From a virus: a stretch of 64,000 bases of DNA. A model generated the notes under the pieces. The model ran no database searches. It was not told the DNA's origin and was given only the letters and a program-made list of their open reading frames with translations. This document shows, in pieces, positions 27,052 through 37,135 of the stretch. The DNA is taken from the IMG/VR virus record IMGVR_UViG_3300028569_001145, positions 32,001-96,000 of that record; one strand, 5' to 3'. How positions within the stretch are numbered: position 1 is the first letter of the stretch; every line of letters starts with the position of its first letter. A program made the position numbers and the translations under genes.

Positions 27052-27708
27052 GTGGGTTACCTTAATAATGCAGCAGTCACAGTTGATGCTATTCTAACTA
27101 AAAAAGGGCGGGAGCTTTTAGCTAGAGGAGACGGTTCTTTTAGAATCACTCAATTTGCTTTATCTGACGATGAAATAGATTATACCTTGTATAATCCTAC
27201 ACAACCTTCAGGATCAGCCTTTTACGGAGAGGCTATCGAAAATATGCCCCTATTAGAAGCATTTCCTGATGAAACTCAGATTATGAAATACAAACTTGTA
27301 ACCTTACCTAGAGGTACTGCTAGAATGCCAGTATTGGATATCGGATATTCTGCAATCACTATTAAACAAGGTGCTAGTTTAGCAATCACCCCTCAGACTT
27401 TAAATTACCTATCTCAGACTTCCTTAATTGAATCCTCAGGTTATACATTTACGATTTCAGATGTGAGATTGTTTAACAGCTTCACAGGAGTAGGTATTAA
27501 CACTCCGGATGTAGTAGCAGCTAATGCAACTACAACTATCGGAACCAATGTATCTAAGACAGTGATTGGAACTACTTTAAATTTAACAGCAACCACAGTT
27601 AATACTTTATTTGGCTCTAATACTAGTTTATCTGCAACCTTGCAGGTGATTGGAAGAGATTCTGGAGCAAGATTACAAATACCAGTAACAGTAACTAAAA
27701 CGACCTAA
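27052..27708 (+). CDS. Virion structural protein
   Basis: DAILTKKGRELLA...ITQFALSDDEIDY; late promoter upstream. Confidence 0.65.
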   Translation: MGYLNNAAVTVDAILTKKGRELLARGDGSFRITQFALSDDEIDYTLYNPTQPSGSAFYGEAIENMPLLEAFPDETQIMKYKLVTLPRGTARMPVLDIGYSAITIKQGASLAITPQTLNYLSQTSLIESSGYTFTISDVRLFNSFTGVGINTPDVVAANATTTIGTNVSKTVIGTTLNLTATTVNTLFGSNTSLSATLQVIGRDSGARLQIPVTVTKTT

Positions 27709-27718
27709 TTTATAACAG

Positions 27719-28708
27719 ATGTCATTTAAAAGATTAGATCCAGAAGATTTTCTAGTAAGTGTTGATTCAATAACAGCAACTGCCTGGTCGACCAACTCAC
27801 CGACCTTAACTCAGTTTTTCACTTCATCAACTACATCTACCAACGATTCTTACTACAAGAACGTATACCAAACAGCATCTGCAAATAGTGCAGCAGCTAT
27901 TCAATTTGCAATAGCTTACGGAAACCTTAACGGATCCGGTAGTGTAAATTACAATGATTTAGTACCGGGTAAAACACCTACTAGAACAGTTTATGGACAG
28001 TACCGTAACTTAATCTACGGAGATGAAAACGCAACATTTAACTTTTCAGGAGTAACTGCTTCAGATTTCTGGGCATTATCTATTGAAAGATCTAGATATA
28101 AACAACATCTGCTAAAAGGTACTTTTAACCTACAATTAAAGAACGGAAGCTCTACTTTGGTATTAACAGATAATTCAGGTATGGTATCAACTGATACCTA
28201 TCTAGATTGTGGTAGAGTATATCAGATTATTTCTGGATCTAACGGAATAGCATATTCAGGAACAGGAAACTCACTATCATCAGGATCTTATGGATTATTT
28301 CTACCAGATATTGCAACAATTATTTTAAACCCGTTAGCATTATCGCAATCAATTAATTTAGAACCTTCTAGATCAAATGACTCTGATGGTTTGAATATTA
28401 GTAGAATGTTCACAGCAATCTCCGGAGCTGCTTCTTTTCAACTAAATAGTGAAGAAACAGTGACCTCGGATTATGTTTATGTACGAGCTAGAAATGCTGA
28501 ATTTAACTACTCAGAGAATCCATCATTCATTTCAGGTTCAACTGGAGATGTACTGTATAGTAATTTTATAAACTCACCACAGACGTATTTAACAACTGTA
28601 GGATTTTACAACGATACTAATGACTTAGTTGCAGTAGCAAAATTATCTAAGCCATTAACTAAAGATTTTACAAAAGAAGCATTAATAAGAGTTAAGCTTG
28701 ACTTCTAA
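27719..28708 (+). CDS. Virion structural protein
   Basis: C-terminal YLTTVGFYND..LVAVAKLSKPL shared with next gene. Confidence 0.65.
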   Translation: MSFKRLDPEDFLVSVDSITATAWSTNSPTLTQFFTSSTTSTNDSYYKNVYQTASANSAAAIQFAIAYGNLNGSGSVNYNDLVPGKTPTRTVYGQYRNLIYGDENATFNFSGVTASDFWALSIERSRYKQHLLKGTFNLQLKNGSSTLVLTDNSGMVSTDTYLDCGRVYQIISGSNGIAYSGTGNSLSSGSYGLFLPDIATIILNPLALSQSINLEPSRSNDSDGLNISRMFTAISGAASFQLNSEETVTSDYVYVRARNAEFNYSENPSFISGSTGDVLYSNFINSPQTYLTTVGFYNDTNDLVAVAKLSKPLTKDFTKEALIRVKLDF

Positions 28709-28714
28709 GAATGA

Positions 28715-29677
28715 ATGAGTGCATTCAAAAAACTTTTAGCATCTGACGTCATAGTCACTCCCTTTGAGGTAAACAAAGGCTTTACCTTTGTAGGAGCTAG
28801 TCAATTGACAGCATCAGATGCTGGAATCAACAGATTCTTAGGACAAAACATTACCGGATTATTTAACCTTTCAGAAGCTAGTACTGGAGAAACTTATTTA
28901 GAATATAAAAGACTAATTTACAATTCAGCTAAAGAATTATACTACTCTAATACTATAGCAACAGCAAGTCTTGCTTTTACAGTACCGGGTTTAGATTCTA
29001 CAGGTAATGTATTGACCGGACCAGTAAGTTCAGCTGGAAGATACGAAAATTATCTGCAGACTACTTTAACAGTTGAGAGGTACTTTCCGACCGGTTCAAA
29101 CGATATTATAGGAGTAATTTCAATCCCATCTAAACTATATGGAGATAAAATACAACCAGGATCTTTTGTATTTACAGCAGAATCTGGCAGTGTCTCTGAT
29201 GATGGGAATGGAAACTTAATTTTTAGCCTGGATGGAGCTTATGCTGGCAATATTATATACCAACATGGTTTGATTATTTTAACCAAAGATAATGAATCTT
29301 CCGGAGGTTCCCTATACGGAACCGGTGTATACGGAACAGGTATTTATGGAGGAGATGCGAATCCCTTTATAGAAAATTTTATACTCTCTGCAAATGTAAC
29401 CTGCTCATTTTCAAGCTCAATTACACTTTTTGAAACTCAGTACAAATGTACTATCGACACCTCAGAGTTTAACTTTAGCTTAAATCCAAGCCTTATATCA
29501 GGATCAACCGAAGGCACAGTCTACGACTTTGCAACAGGTTCTTACTTTAACCCGTACATTACAACAGTAGGCCTTTATAACGAAAATCAAGACTTAATTG
29601 CTGTAGGTAAATTAGCAAAGCCACTACCCTCTAACAACACAACAGATTTAACAATACTAATTAACATCGATAGATAA
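28715..29677 (+). CDS. Virion structural protein, paralog of upstream gene
   Basis: YITTVGLYNE..LIAVGKLAKPL. Confidence 0.65.
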   Translation: MSAFKKLLASDVIVTPFEVNKGFTFVGASQLTASDAGINRFLGQNITGLFNLSEASTGETYLEYKRLIYNSAKELYYSNTIATASLAFTVPGLDSTGNVLTGPVSSAGRYENYLQTTLTVERYFPTGSNDIIGVISIPSKLYGDKIQPGSFVFTAESGSVSDDGNGNLIFSLDGAYAGNIIYQHGLIILTKDNESSGGSLYGTGVYGTGIYGGDANPFIENFILSANVTCSFSSSITLFETQYKCTIDTSEFNFSLNPSLISGSTEGTVYDFATGSYFNPYITTVGLYNENQDLIAVGKLAKPLPSNNTTDLTILINIDR

Positions 29678-29678
29678 T

Positions 29679-30119
29679 ATGTGGTTATACGAAGGCAATC
29701 CGGTTACAAGTCTAGAACAGCTTCCGGAAAATGCCCACGGTTTTATTTATGTAATCTATAAAAAAGATACTAGAAAAACCTATGTGGGTAAGAAAAATTT
29801 ATTTAGTATTACTAATAAACCTTTAACTAAGAAGGAATTATTAGAAATAACAGATAAACGTAAATCTAAAAAAAAGCAGGTTATTAAAGAAAGTAACTGG
29901 TTATCATACTGGGGTTCTAATAAAGATCTTTTAACCGATATTAAAACTCTAGGAGAAGATGCTTTTGAAAAGCATATCTTGAAAGTCTGCTTCACTAAAA
30001 AAGAACTAACTTATTATGAAATACACTTTCAATGCGTCCTCAACGTATTACTACAAGACAGCTACAACGACAACATCCTGGGCAAATTTTACAGAAGGGA
30101 CTTGCACCCACCTTATTAA
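29679..30119 (+). CDS. GIY-YIG nuclease (endonuclease II-like)
   Basis: GFIYVIY...YVGKK...WLSYWGS...YYE...YNDNI. Confidence 0.75.
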   Translation: MWLYEGNPVTSLEQLPENAHGFIYVIYKKDTRKTYVGKKNLFSITNKPLTKKELLEITDKRKSKKKQVIKESNWLSYWGSNKDLLTDIKTLGEDAFEKHILKVCFTKKELTYYEIHFQCVLNVLLQDSYNDNILGKFYRRDLHPPY

Positions 30120-30136
30120 GTTCGTATATTTAGTCG

Positions 30137-31063
30137 ATGGTAAATCATCTACTAGTAAACTTAATGGACAGCCTTCTAGGAAAAGGCAAACCTACATCTG
30201 GGGATAATTACTCATACCACTGTCCTTTCTGCAATCACCATAAACCTAAATTAGAAATAAACCTTAGAGAGAATGAAGAGGGCTTGCATCATTGGCATTG
30301 CTGGGTTTGTAATAAAAAAGGTAAAAAACTAATTTCATTATTTAAAGCCGTTCAAGCACCAGATAATAAAATTGAAGAGTTAAAAGCTTTTGTAAAAATT
30401 TCCTACCATGAGGCAAAAGGAGTAAAAGTAGAAGCAATAACACTACCGAAAGAATTTATACCGCTATACCCAGCAGATAAGAATAATGTTTCAGTTAGAC
30501 AAGCGTTAAGGTACTTAAAGGGTAGAAAAGTAAACGAATTAGACATAAAGAGGTATAATATAGGATACTGTGAAGCTGGACCTTATAGGAATATGATTAT
30601 TATACCATCTTACGATGAGTTTGGGGTTCTTAATTATTTTATAGGTAGAAACTTCGGCCCGGCTGAAATCAAATATAAAAACCCTAAAGTCTCTAAAAAT
30701 ATTATAGCTTTAGAGAATACAATTAATTGGAATTCACCTTTGATAATATGTGAGGGTATGTTTGACGCTATTGCAATCAAAAGGAATGCTATCCCACTAT
30801 TAGGAAAAACCATACCTGAAAAACTTATGAAGAAAATAGTATCCTCAGGTGTTAAACAAATCTTTGTTGCATTAGATACGGATGCTTTAAAACAGGCGTT
30901 TGAGTATTGTATAACCTTTCTAAACCACGGAAAACAGGTCTTCTTTGTTGACTTGCAAGAAAAAGATCCATCCGAACTAGGGTTTGAGGAATTTACAAAA
31001 ACTCTCCATACAGCCGCACCATTAACCTTTAGAGATATCCTGGAAAAAAAATTAGCATTATGA
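30137..31063 (+). CDS. DNA primase
   Basis: Zn finger CPFC..HCWVC, TOPRIM CEGMFDA / LDTDA; early promoter 30121-30133. Confidence 0.88.
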   Translation: MVNHLLVNLMDSLLGKGKPTSGDNYSYHCPFCNHHKPKLEINLRENEEGLHHWHCWVCNKKGKKLISLFKAVQAPDNKIEELKAFVKISYHEAKGVKVEAITLPKEFIPLYPADKNNVSVRQALRYLKGRKVNELDIKRYNIGYCEAGPYRNMIIIPSYDEFGVLNYFIGRNFGPAEIKYKNPKVSKNIIALENTINWNSPLIICEGMFDAIAIKRNAIPLLGKTIPEKLMKKIVSSGVKQIFVALDTDALKQAFEYCITFLNHGKQVFFVDLQEKDPSELGFEEFTKTLHTAAPLTFRDILEKKLAL

Positions 31064-31854
31064 TAGAAAAAAATACAAATATCCGTAAAGATAAAAAAAT
31101 AAACCGCATTGTAGAAGCAGATCCTACAGCCAGGCAAATAACCATTCTAGACTCTAGATACTACCAGAGAAAAGAAGGAGTCTTTTACCCGTCGGTAACT
31201 TACGTACTTTCACATTTACCTAAAGATAAATTTTTTGAATCCTGGATGAAAGATGTAGGGCATAATGCTGATATCATTATGAGAAGAGCCGGAGATGAAG
31301 GAACTCAAGTACATAATGCTGTAGAGGCTTACTTAGCAGGAGAAGAGATTACCTGGATTGACGATAACGGAAATGTAAAATATAATTTAGAAGTCTGGAA
31401 AATGATTTTAAAATTTGTTGATTTCTGGGAGACTCATAAACCCGAACTCATTGCTTCTGAAACGCATTTATTTTCTGATGAATTAATGGTAGCAGGAACT
31501 GGGGATCTAGTAGTAAAGCTAAATGATAAACTTTGGTTGTTAGATATTAAAACTTCAAATTCATTACATGAAAGCTATGATTTACAATTATCAGTTTATA
31601 GAAAAGCATGGAATGAATTATTCGATACAGAGATTGAAGAAACAGGTATCCTATGGCTAAAAGCATCTACCAGAGGTCCTGATAAGTCGGGTAAAAAGGT
31701 ACAAGGAGATGGATGGCAATTGAAACCAACCGGAGATAAGTATGAAGAAAACATTACACTTTTCAAGCATTTATTTGAAATTTTTAAAGCAAAAAACCCA
31801 GAATTAAAACCTTATAGCGAGTTACTGCCTACATCGGTCAAGTTAGAGTTATAA
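31060..31854 (+). CDS. PD-(D/E)XK exonuclease
   Basis: YPSVT, GTQVH, AGTGDL, LLDIKTS, LQLSVY. Confidence 0.85.
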   Translation: MIEKNTNIRKDKKINRIVEADPTARQITILDSRYYQRKEGVFYPSVTYVLSHLPKDKFFESWMKDVGHNADIIMRRAGDEGTQVHNAVEAYLAGEEITWIDDNGNVKYNLEVWKMILKFVDFWETHKPELIASETHLFSDELMVAGTGDLVVKLNDKLWLLDIKTSNSLHESYDLQLSVYRKAWNELFDTEIEETGILWLKASTRGPDKSGKKVQGDGWQLKPTGDKYEENITLFKHLFEIFKAKNPELKPYSELLPTSVKLEL

Positions 31855-31874
31855 CTATTTATATTATATAGTAT

Positions 31875-33515
31875 ATGAACATCGATCAGATAACAGAACA
31901 TTTAATAAAAAACCTACTTCCAGAAAACCTGACCCCCGTCAGAGAAGTAGGAGAAGGAAGTAGTAAAGCCTTCCCAGCTATTAAAGAACATGACGATGTC
32001 GATTTAGAAGATGGTTATCTATTCGGTACAACTGTTTATAGCTTCACTGATTCTAAAGATCAGTATTATACTGTTATATTAGAGTACGAAGGATTAGAAG
32101 TCACAGTCAGTTTTACAGCAGACGAGTCTTTTGAACAAACAAACTCTAATGAACTATATGCTGTTATAACTACAGTTTTCCAAATACTTAAGCAGGACAT
32201 TTCACAATCACCTAAAAACCTTGTAAATTTAATTAAATACACCCCAGCATCAACGAAAGGAAAACCTGGACAGAGTCAAAAAGGAGCAGACCAGAGAGAC
32301 AGAGTATATCAAGCCTATTTTAAGAGAATGTTCCCAAATGCAACAGTAGAAAAAGAAGGGCCAGATACTGTTGTATATCTAGAAGAATCATATAAAGGTA
32401 AAAGAACAAACGACGGGGCACCGGGTACCTTTAAAGCTAAAATTACTAAAGCTTATGGAGGGCCTGTAACTATTGAAAAAGCTAAGAAGTTTAAAAATAG
32501 AGAAAATGCTACCGCTCATGATAAGCGTCAGGCAAACTGGTTTATTAATTTTCATTCTAAGAATGAAGGGTTAAACGAAGTAGGGGATGCATCTGCATCT
32601 AAGTACGAATGGGAAGAAGTTGATAGAGAAGGTTATTTTACATATGTTCGTTTTATAACAGATAGTGAGACTGAGTATGATGTAGATCTTGAAACTATGA
32701 CATACACTCCTAAAGATTCTACATCAGGTATCAAAGCAATAGGAGTTGAATTCTCAGCCAAACCGAAAGATGCTGAGTTCCTGGGCGGTTCATCTAACAT
32801 AGTAGTTAATAAAGGTGAACTTTACAAGGTAATGGCTACTGTATTAGATATCATTAAAAAATACCTTAAAGAATTTAAAGCCCAGGCTATTATTTACACC
32901 CCCTCTAAAAAATCAAACGAAGACTTCGGTAATCAAAGAGACCAGGTGTATAAAGCTTTTATTAGTAAAGCATTCCCAGAAGTAAAATTTGAACAAAAAG
33001 GAGATATGGTGGTTGCTATTTTACCTAGCACTACGTATCTTACGATTGATGAAGTAGATGACTTACAGGAAAATATAGAACCAACAGAAACCTCAGGTAA
33101 GGCAGCACCTTACGGTTCAGGTTACAAACCTCTAGAAGAAACACTTGAGCCGTTAATAGCAGAACTGACTAAATACATGTATGAGGAAGGTTTACCTATT
33201 GATCCTGCACCTACTGTTGAATTCATAGAGGATGAAGTAAATGCACAAAATCCTTTAGGGAGAACCGCTTATTATGATCCTCAAAACCGGCATATTGCTT
33301 TATACGTAACTAGTCGGCACCCTAAAGATATTTTAAGATCTTTTGCTCATGAAATGATTCATCACATGCAAAATTTAGAAGGACGTTTAGGTAATATGCC
33401 AAATACAGTTAATGTAAATGAAGACGATCATTTAAAGTCGATAGAGGAAGAAGCCTATAAACTAGGCAATATTTATTTTAGAAGTTGGGAAAATAATAAA
33501 AATAAAGTAAAATGA
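31875..33515 (+). CDS. Mosaic late protein with tandem duplicated domain and C-terminal zincin (HExxH)
   Basis: Two EVG...ELY.V..TV...IYTP...QRD.VY.A repeats; AHEMIHHMQ. Confidence 0.65.
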   Translation: MNIDQITEHLIKNLLPENLTPVREVGEGSSKAFPAIKEHDDVDLEDGYLFGTTVYSFTDSKDQYYTVILEYEGLEVTVSFTADESFEQTNSNELYAVITTVFQILKQDISQSPKNLVNLIKYTPASTKGKPGQSQKGADQRDRVYQAYFKRMFPNATVEKEGPDTVVYLEESYKGKRTNDGAPGTFKAKITKAYGGPVTIEKAKKFKNRENATAHDKRQANWFINFHSKNEGLNEVGDASASKYEWEEVDREGYFTYVRFITDSETEYDVDLETMTYTPKDSTSGIKAIGVEFSAKPKDAEFLGGSSNIVVNKGELYKVMATVLDIIKKYLKEFKAQAIIYTPSKKSNEDFGNQRDQVYKAFISKAFPEVKFEQKGDMVVAILPSTTYLTIDEVDDLQENIEPTETSGKAAPYGSGYKPLEETLEPLIAELTKYMYEEGLPIDPAPTVEFIEDEVNAQNPLGRTAYYDPQNRHIALYVTSRHPKDILRSFAHEMIHHMQNLEGRLGNMPNTVNVNEDDHLKSIEEEAYKLGNIYFRSWENNKNKVK

Positions 33516-34024
33516 GATACATATACGAAAACGAAGAGGAATTTGCAGCAGGTGGTATTTTAATGGACCGTGACCAGGTATTAGTTCCAAAAGCACCGCA
33601 TACAGTAGAGGATGTAATTAAAGCTATTAATACTATAGACTACTACGGACCTTATATCTCAAATATGAGAAGTAGGAAAGTATCAGATAAAGACTTAGAA
33701 GCACATTTCGGACCCAACTCAGCTAGAGCTAAAGCAGCTTTAGAAAAAGAAAGAGGGGAGAAATTCCCAGTTAAAACCAAACAGGCTATTGATGATTTTA
33801 TTAAACAAGGAGTAAAGAAACCAGATTTAATAAATTATGACCTTGAAGATGGAGAACTTATTTTTAAAGTAGAAAGAAACCTACAGAGAGGAAGATTACG
33901 CAGTATAATTAAAACCGTAATGGATAATGCTGGTATCTCTTATAAGTTGAGAGAAAAACAGGAAGGTGAAAAGAAGCGACTTAAAAAAATTGTTAAGGAA
34001 GCTATTGACAAAAAATTAAAATAA
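33512..34024 (+). CDS. Hypothetical protein
   Basis: Coupled ORF. Confidence 0.7.
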   Translation: MRYIYENEEEFAAGGILMDRDQVLVPKAPHTVEDVIKAINTIDYYGPYISNMRSRKVSDKDLEAHFGPNSARAKAALEKERGEKFPVKTKQAIDDFIKQGVKKPDLINYDLEDGELIFKVERNLQRGRLRSIIKTVMDNAGISYKLREKQEGEKKRLKKIVKEAIDKKLK

Positions 34025-34596
34025 TGTCTAACGAATCAGTTTTGAAAAAACAATTCTCATCTTCTGACCTTCAGAGAATGAGAAACCTAGTTCAAGGTAA
34101 GACCGGAGAAAAGACCTCAGTCTCTGCCGGATACACCAAAGACTACATTGACAGAAAAGAAGGTGATATCTGGGAGGAAGATGGACGTCAATGGACTATC
34201 AAAAATGGAGTAAAACAGAATATATCAAAACTACAGAAAGCTCGTGAATTAGGTAAAATGCCTTTGTTCTGCCCGGAGTGTAAATCCTTAATGAAGCACC
34301 GGTATGATGAGCAATTTTACCGAATACACAACCATTGCTTTGATTGCCAGATCAAGTTTGAGACTAAATTGAAAGTAGAAGGTAAATGGGATGAATACCA
34401 TACCCAAATACACAACTCAGAAATTGATGGAATAATAGACAATTATGAAATGTGGGTTGATGATTTAATTAACGAATCTAACGATAGTTTCATGTCAGAG
34501 ACCGGAGAGCTGGAATCATGGTCCAAAGTAGATAAAAGTAAAGTTTTACAACAGAAAGAAGAAGCAATTGAGTATCTTACAAAGTTAAAGAAATAA
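34024..34596 (+). CDS. Hypothetical Zn-ribbon protein
   Basis: CPEC...HCFDC. Confidence 0.7.
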   Translation: MSNESVLKKQFSSSDLQRMRNLVQGKTGEKTSVSAGYTKDYIDRKEGDIWEEDGRQWTIKNGVKQNISKLQKARELGKMPLFCPECKSLMKHRYDEQFYRIHNHCFDCQIKFETKLKVEGKWDEYHTQIHNSEIDGIIDNYEMWVDDLINESNDSFMSETGELESWSKVDKSKVLQQKEEAIEYLTKLKK

Positions 34597-34610
34597 AGCT
34601 ATTTATTAAT

Positions 34611-35186
34611 ATGACAAACTCTTTTAACATGTCAGACTGGAGACGCAAATACGTCTTAATGGCAGAAAACGATAACCAGTACCCAGATTACAATCCAGAC
34701 AAGCATAAGACCTTAATGAGAGGTGCTATCGATTATGAATTAGAAGGTGATAATATTGTAGCATATTTACCGTTTGAAGAAGAACCGGAGTACGCTGTGA
34801 AAATGACTTTCCCAGTATCCCGTCTAGAGCAGTACTTAGGAGATGAAATCGAAGATAATGAAGCTTTACAGGCTTACGATTCGGATAGAATTGATAGATT
34901 CTTCCACGATAAATGGTCTGGGCTATTTGGAAAATACCATAAAATGGCTAAAGAAAGACCTGAAGATCCTTTTTTAAAAGGTAAGTTTAATGAAACTACA
35001 GAAATGGATCTTATGGAGCAAGTCTCAGGAGAAGAAGATCTAGATTTTTATATGGATAAAATTATAGGCCTGGCACAAAAAGCAAAAGACACTTGGAGTA
35101 AAGATGATAGAATGGAGTACTTCCGTGCTATTGAACAGGCTGTTAGAGATGCTGAATTTTTCATTAAGACACTTCCAAGATATTAA
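34611..35186 (+). CDS. Hypothetical late protein
   Basis: TATTTAT upstream. Confidence 0.7.
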   Translation: MTNSFNMSDWRRKYVLMAENDNQYPDYNPDKHKTLMRGAIDYELEGDNIVAYLPFEEEPEYAVKMTFPVSRLEQYLGDEIEDNEALQAYDSDRIDRFFHDKWSGLFGKYHKMAKERPEDPFLKGKFNETTEMDLMEQVSGEEDLDFYMDKIIGLAQKAKDTWSKDDRMEYFRAIEQAVRDAEFFIKTLPRY

Positions 35187-35189
35187 ATA

Positions 35190-36590
35190 ATGCCACTTAA
35201 AAAAGACTTAGGACAGTGGATCACCCACTTTAAAGATTCAGACGCTCCTCAATTTAAAAGTAAGTCTGAAGAAGAACGTAAAAATATGGCTTTAGCAGCT
35301 TTTAGAAAAAAATACGGTAGCCTGAATGAAGCTTACACAGATGCTTCTAATAACGAACTAGCCTCTTTTGTAGGCGTACTTCAAAATCAAATAGGAGCTG
35401 AGAAGGACCCTAAGAAACTTGCTATGCTTAAACAGGATCTTGAAGACGTTAAAAATGAACTCAAGAAACGAAAATCTTTAAAAGAGGCTAAAGCAACTCT
35501 TTGCGGTAGATGCGGACACAAACACGTTAAAGGAACTCCTTGTCCAAGGCCTTTTAAAGAGAATCAAGAGATGGACCCTGTTGATGTTATCACGATGGAT
35601 CTTCCTTTGTTCTTGAGAATGCTTGAATTTGCAAGAGAAGATGCATCTCAAGACATGGACCTACATGATGTGACTGAGAAAGCAAACATGTTAACTAAAG
35701 AGAAAGACATGTTAACAATGGAAGATTATAATGAGATTGTTAAAGCAGCAGAAGAAATTGATGAAGCTACCGACTATATGAAACGTAGAAAAGCTCAAGA
35801 TGATTATGCTACTAACAAAAAAGACAAACCTAAAAAGCTACATACTGATAACCCTTCTGGTAAAACAGATTATATGAAACGCCGTGAAGCTGATAAAAAA
35901 TCACTAGAAGAGGAACTTAGTGAAACTTTTGCCAAAGAGTTTGATGATAACCCCTCTTTAAAAGGCGGTCAGAAGAAACTACCGGATAATTTGCAGAAAG
36001 CAATCATAGACAGAGCTTCAAAGAAAATGGAAGAGATCACCGTAACTGATGATCCGGATGCTGCTGAAAAAATCACTAAGACTGGACAAGAGGTAAAACT
36101 TGTACCTAAAGGAACCATAAAAGAAGGTCGTGAATTTGACTACGAAGGTTCCATGGCCCGTACTCAACTTTATTCAATTATTAAGAATGCAAAAGCTCTT
36201 TTTGATCAAATGAGTGACGGAACTCAATTACAGGGGTGGGTACAGTCTAAATTAACTAAAGCAGAAGATTATATTGATGCTGTTAGAACTTATTTAGAAG
36301 GAGAGGCATTAACTTCAACCACTCCTTTAATGGTAGCTGAGCAATCAATCTCAGATGAAGAAGGTGCTAACCTTAGTATAGGAGACGTGGTTAAAGCTGG
36401 AGATGGAGGGATTTACCAAATAATCTACTCATACGGAGAAGGTAAACCTTTTCTAGTTGCTTTTGATTTAAAAAAGAGAAAACCAACTAACTTGAGGAAT
36501 AGAGTTTACTTTGATACTGATTCTATGATTACTAAAAAATTACACAAAGTATTGCCCTTCTCTGCTACCAAAGGCGGTTTTATGAAATAA
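35190..36590 (+). CDS. Mosaic late protein, putative head-internal polyprotein
   Basis: Short modules separated by (L/I)xE; TDYMKRR occurs twice. Confidence 0.6.
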   Translation: MPLKKDLGQWITHFKDSDAPQFKSKSEEERKNMALAAFRKKYGSLNEAYTDASNNELASFVGVLQNQIGAEKDPKKLAMLKQDLEDVKNELKKRKSLKEAKATLCGRCGHKHVKGTPCPRPFKENQEMDPVDVITMDLPLFLRMLEFAREDASQDMDLHDVTEKANMLTKEKDMLTMEDYNEIVKAAEEIDEATDYMKRRKAQDDYATNKKDKPKKLHTDNPSGKTDYMKRREADKKSLEEELSETFAKEFDDNPSLKGGQKKLPDNLQKAIIDRASKKMEEITVTDDPDAAEKITKTGQEVKLVPKGTIKEGREFDYEGSMARTQLYSIIKNAKALFDQMSDGTQLQGWVQSKLTKAEDYIDAVRTYLEGEALTSTTPLMVAEQSISDEEGANLSIGDVVKAGDGGIYQIIYSYGEGKPFLVAFDLKKRKPTNLRNRVYFDTDSMITKKLHKVLPFSATKGGFMK

Positions 36591-36600
36591 TATTTAAAGT

Positions 36601-37089
36601 ATGAATTTAGGTAGTATTAAATCTTTAATAAGACAAAAAGTCGAGGATAAAATGAAAAACTTAGGAGTAAATAAGTACTCCGAGTTTAGGTTACTAAACA
36701 GAGTACCGGAACTAATACCTATCTTAGAGGATTTATTAACTAATAAATTTAATTACTTTGTAAAAGATGTAGAATGGGTAGCCCCTAAGCCGCCAGAATA
36801 TAGAGTACTTTTGGAAAATGGACAGTATTTTTACTTAGCAGACTATGGAAGATCTTGGGTTGCAACAGTAGAAGGTAAACGTTACTACTTACTAAACCTA
36901 GGAGAATCACAAATGGCAGTAGAAGCTGTTGCAAGGATTCTAAGATACGGTGAACCAGTTAACCCGGAAGATGTAGGGCCATTAGAGAATACAGCCGGAA
37001 CAGACATGGAAGCAGCTCTAGATCAGGAACCAGAAGCACCAGAAACAGAAGAAACCCCAGTAGGAGAAATACCGAGCGATTTATTATAA
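36601..37089 (+). CDS. Hypothetical protein
   Basis: ORF with acidic tail. Confidence 0.7.
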   Translation: MNLGSIKSLIRQKVEDKMKNLGVNKYSEFRLLNRVPELIPILEDLLTNKFNYFVKDVEWVAPKPPEYRVLLENGQYFYLADYGRSWVATVEGKRYYLLNLGESQMAVEAVARILRYGEPVNPEDVGPLENTAGTDMEAALDQEPEAPETEETPVGEIPSDLL

Positions 37090-37135
37090 CCTTATAAGTT
37101 GCTTTTTAAATAAAAAGGTTTTATATTTAGAATAC

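Noticed and set aside
31060-31854. Cas4 / CRISPR adaptation gene
   Set aside because: PD-(D/E)XK fold without the Fe-S cysteine cluster; sits beside primase as a typical phage exonuclease.
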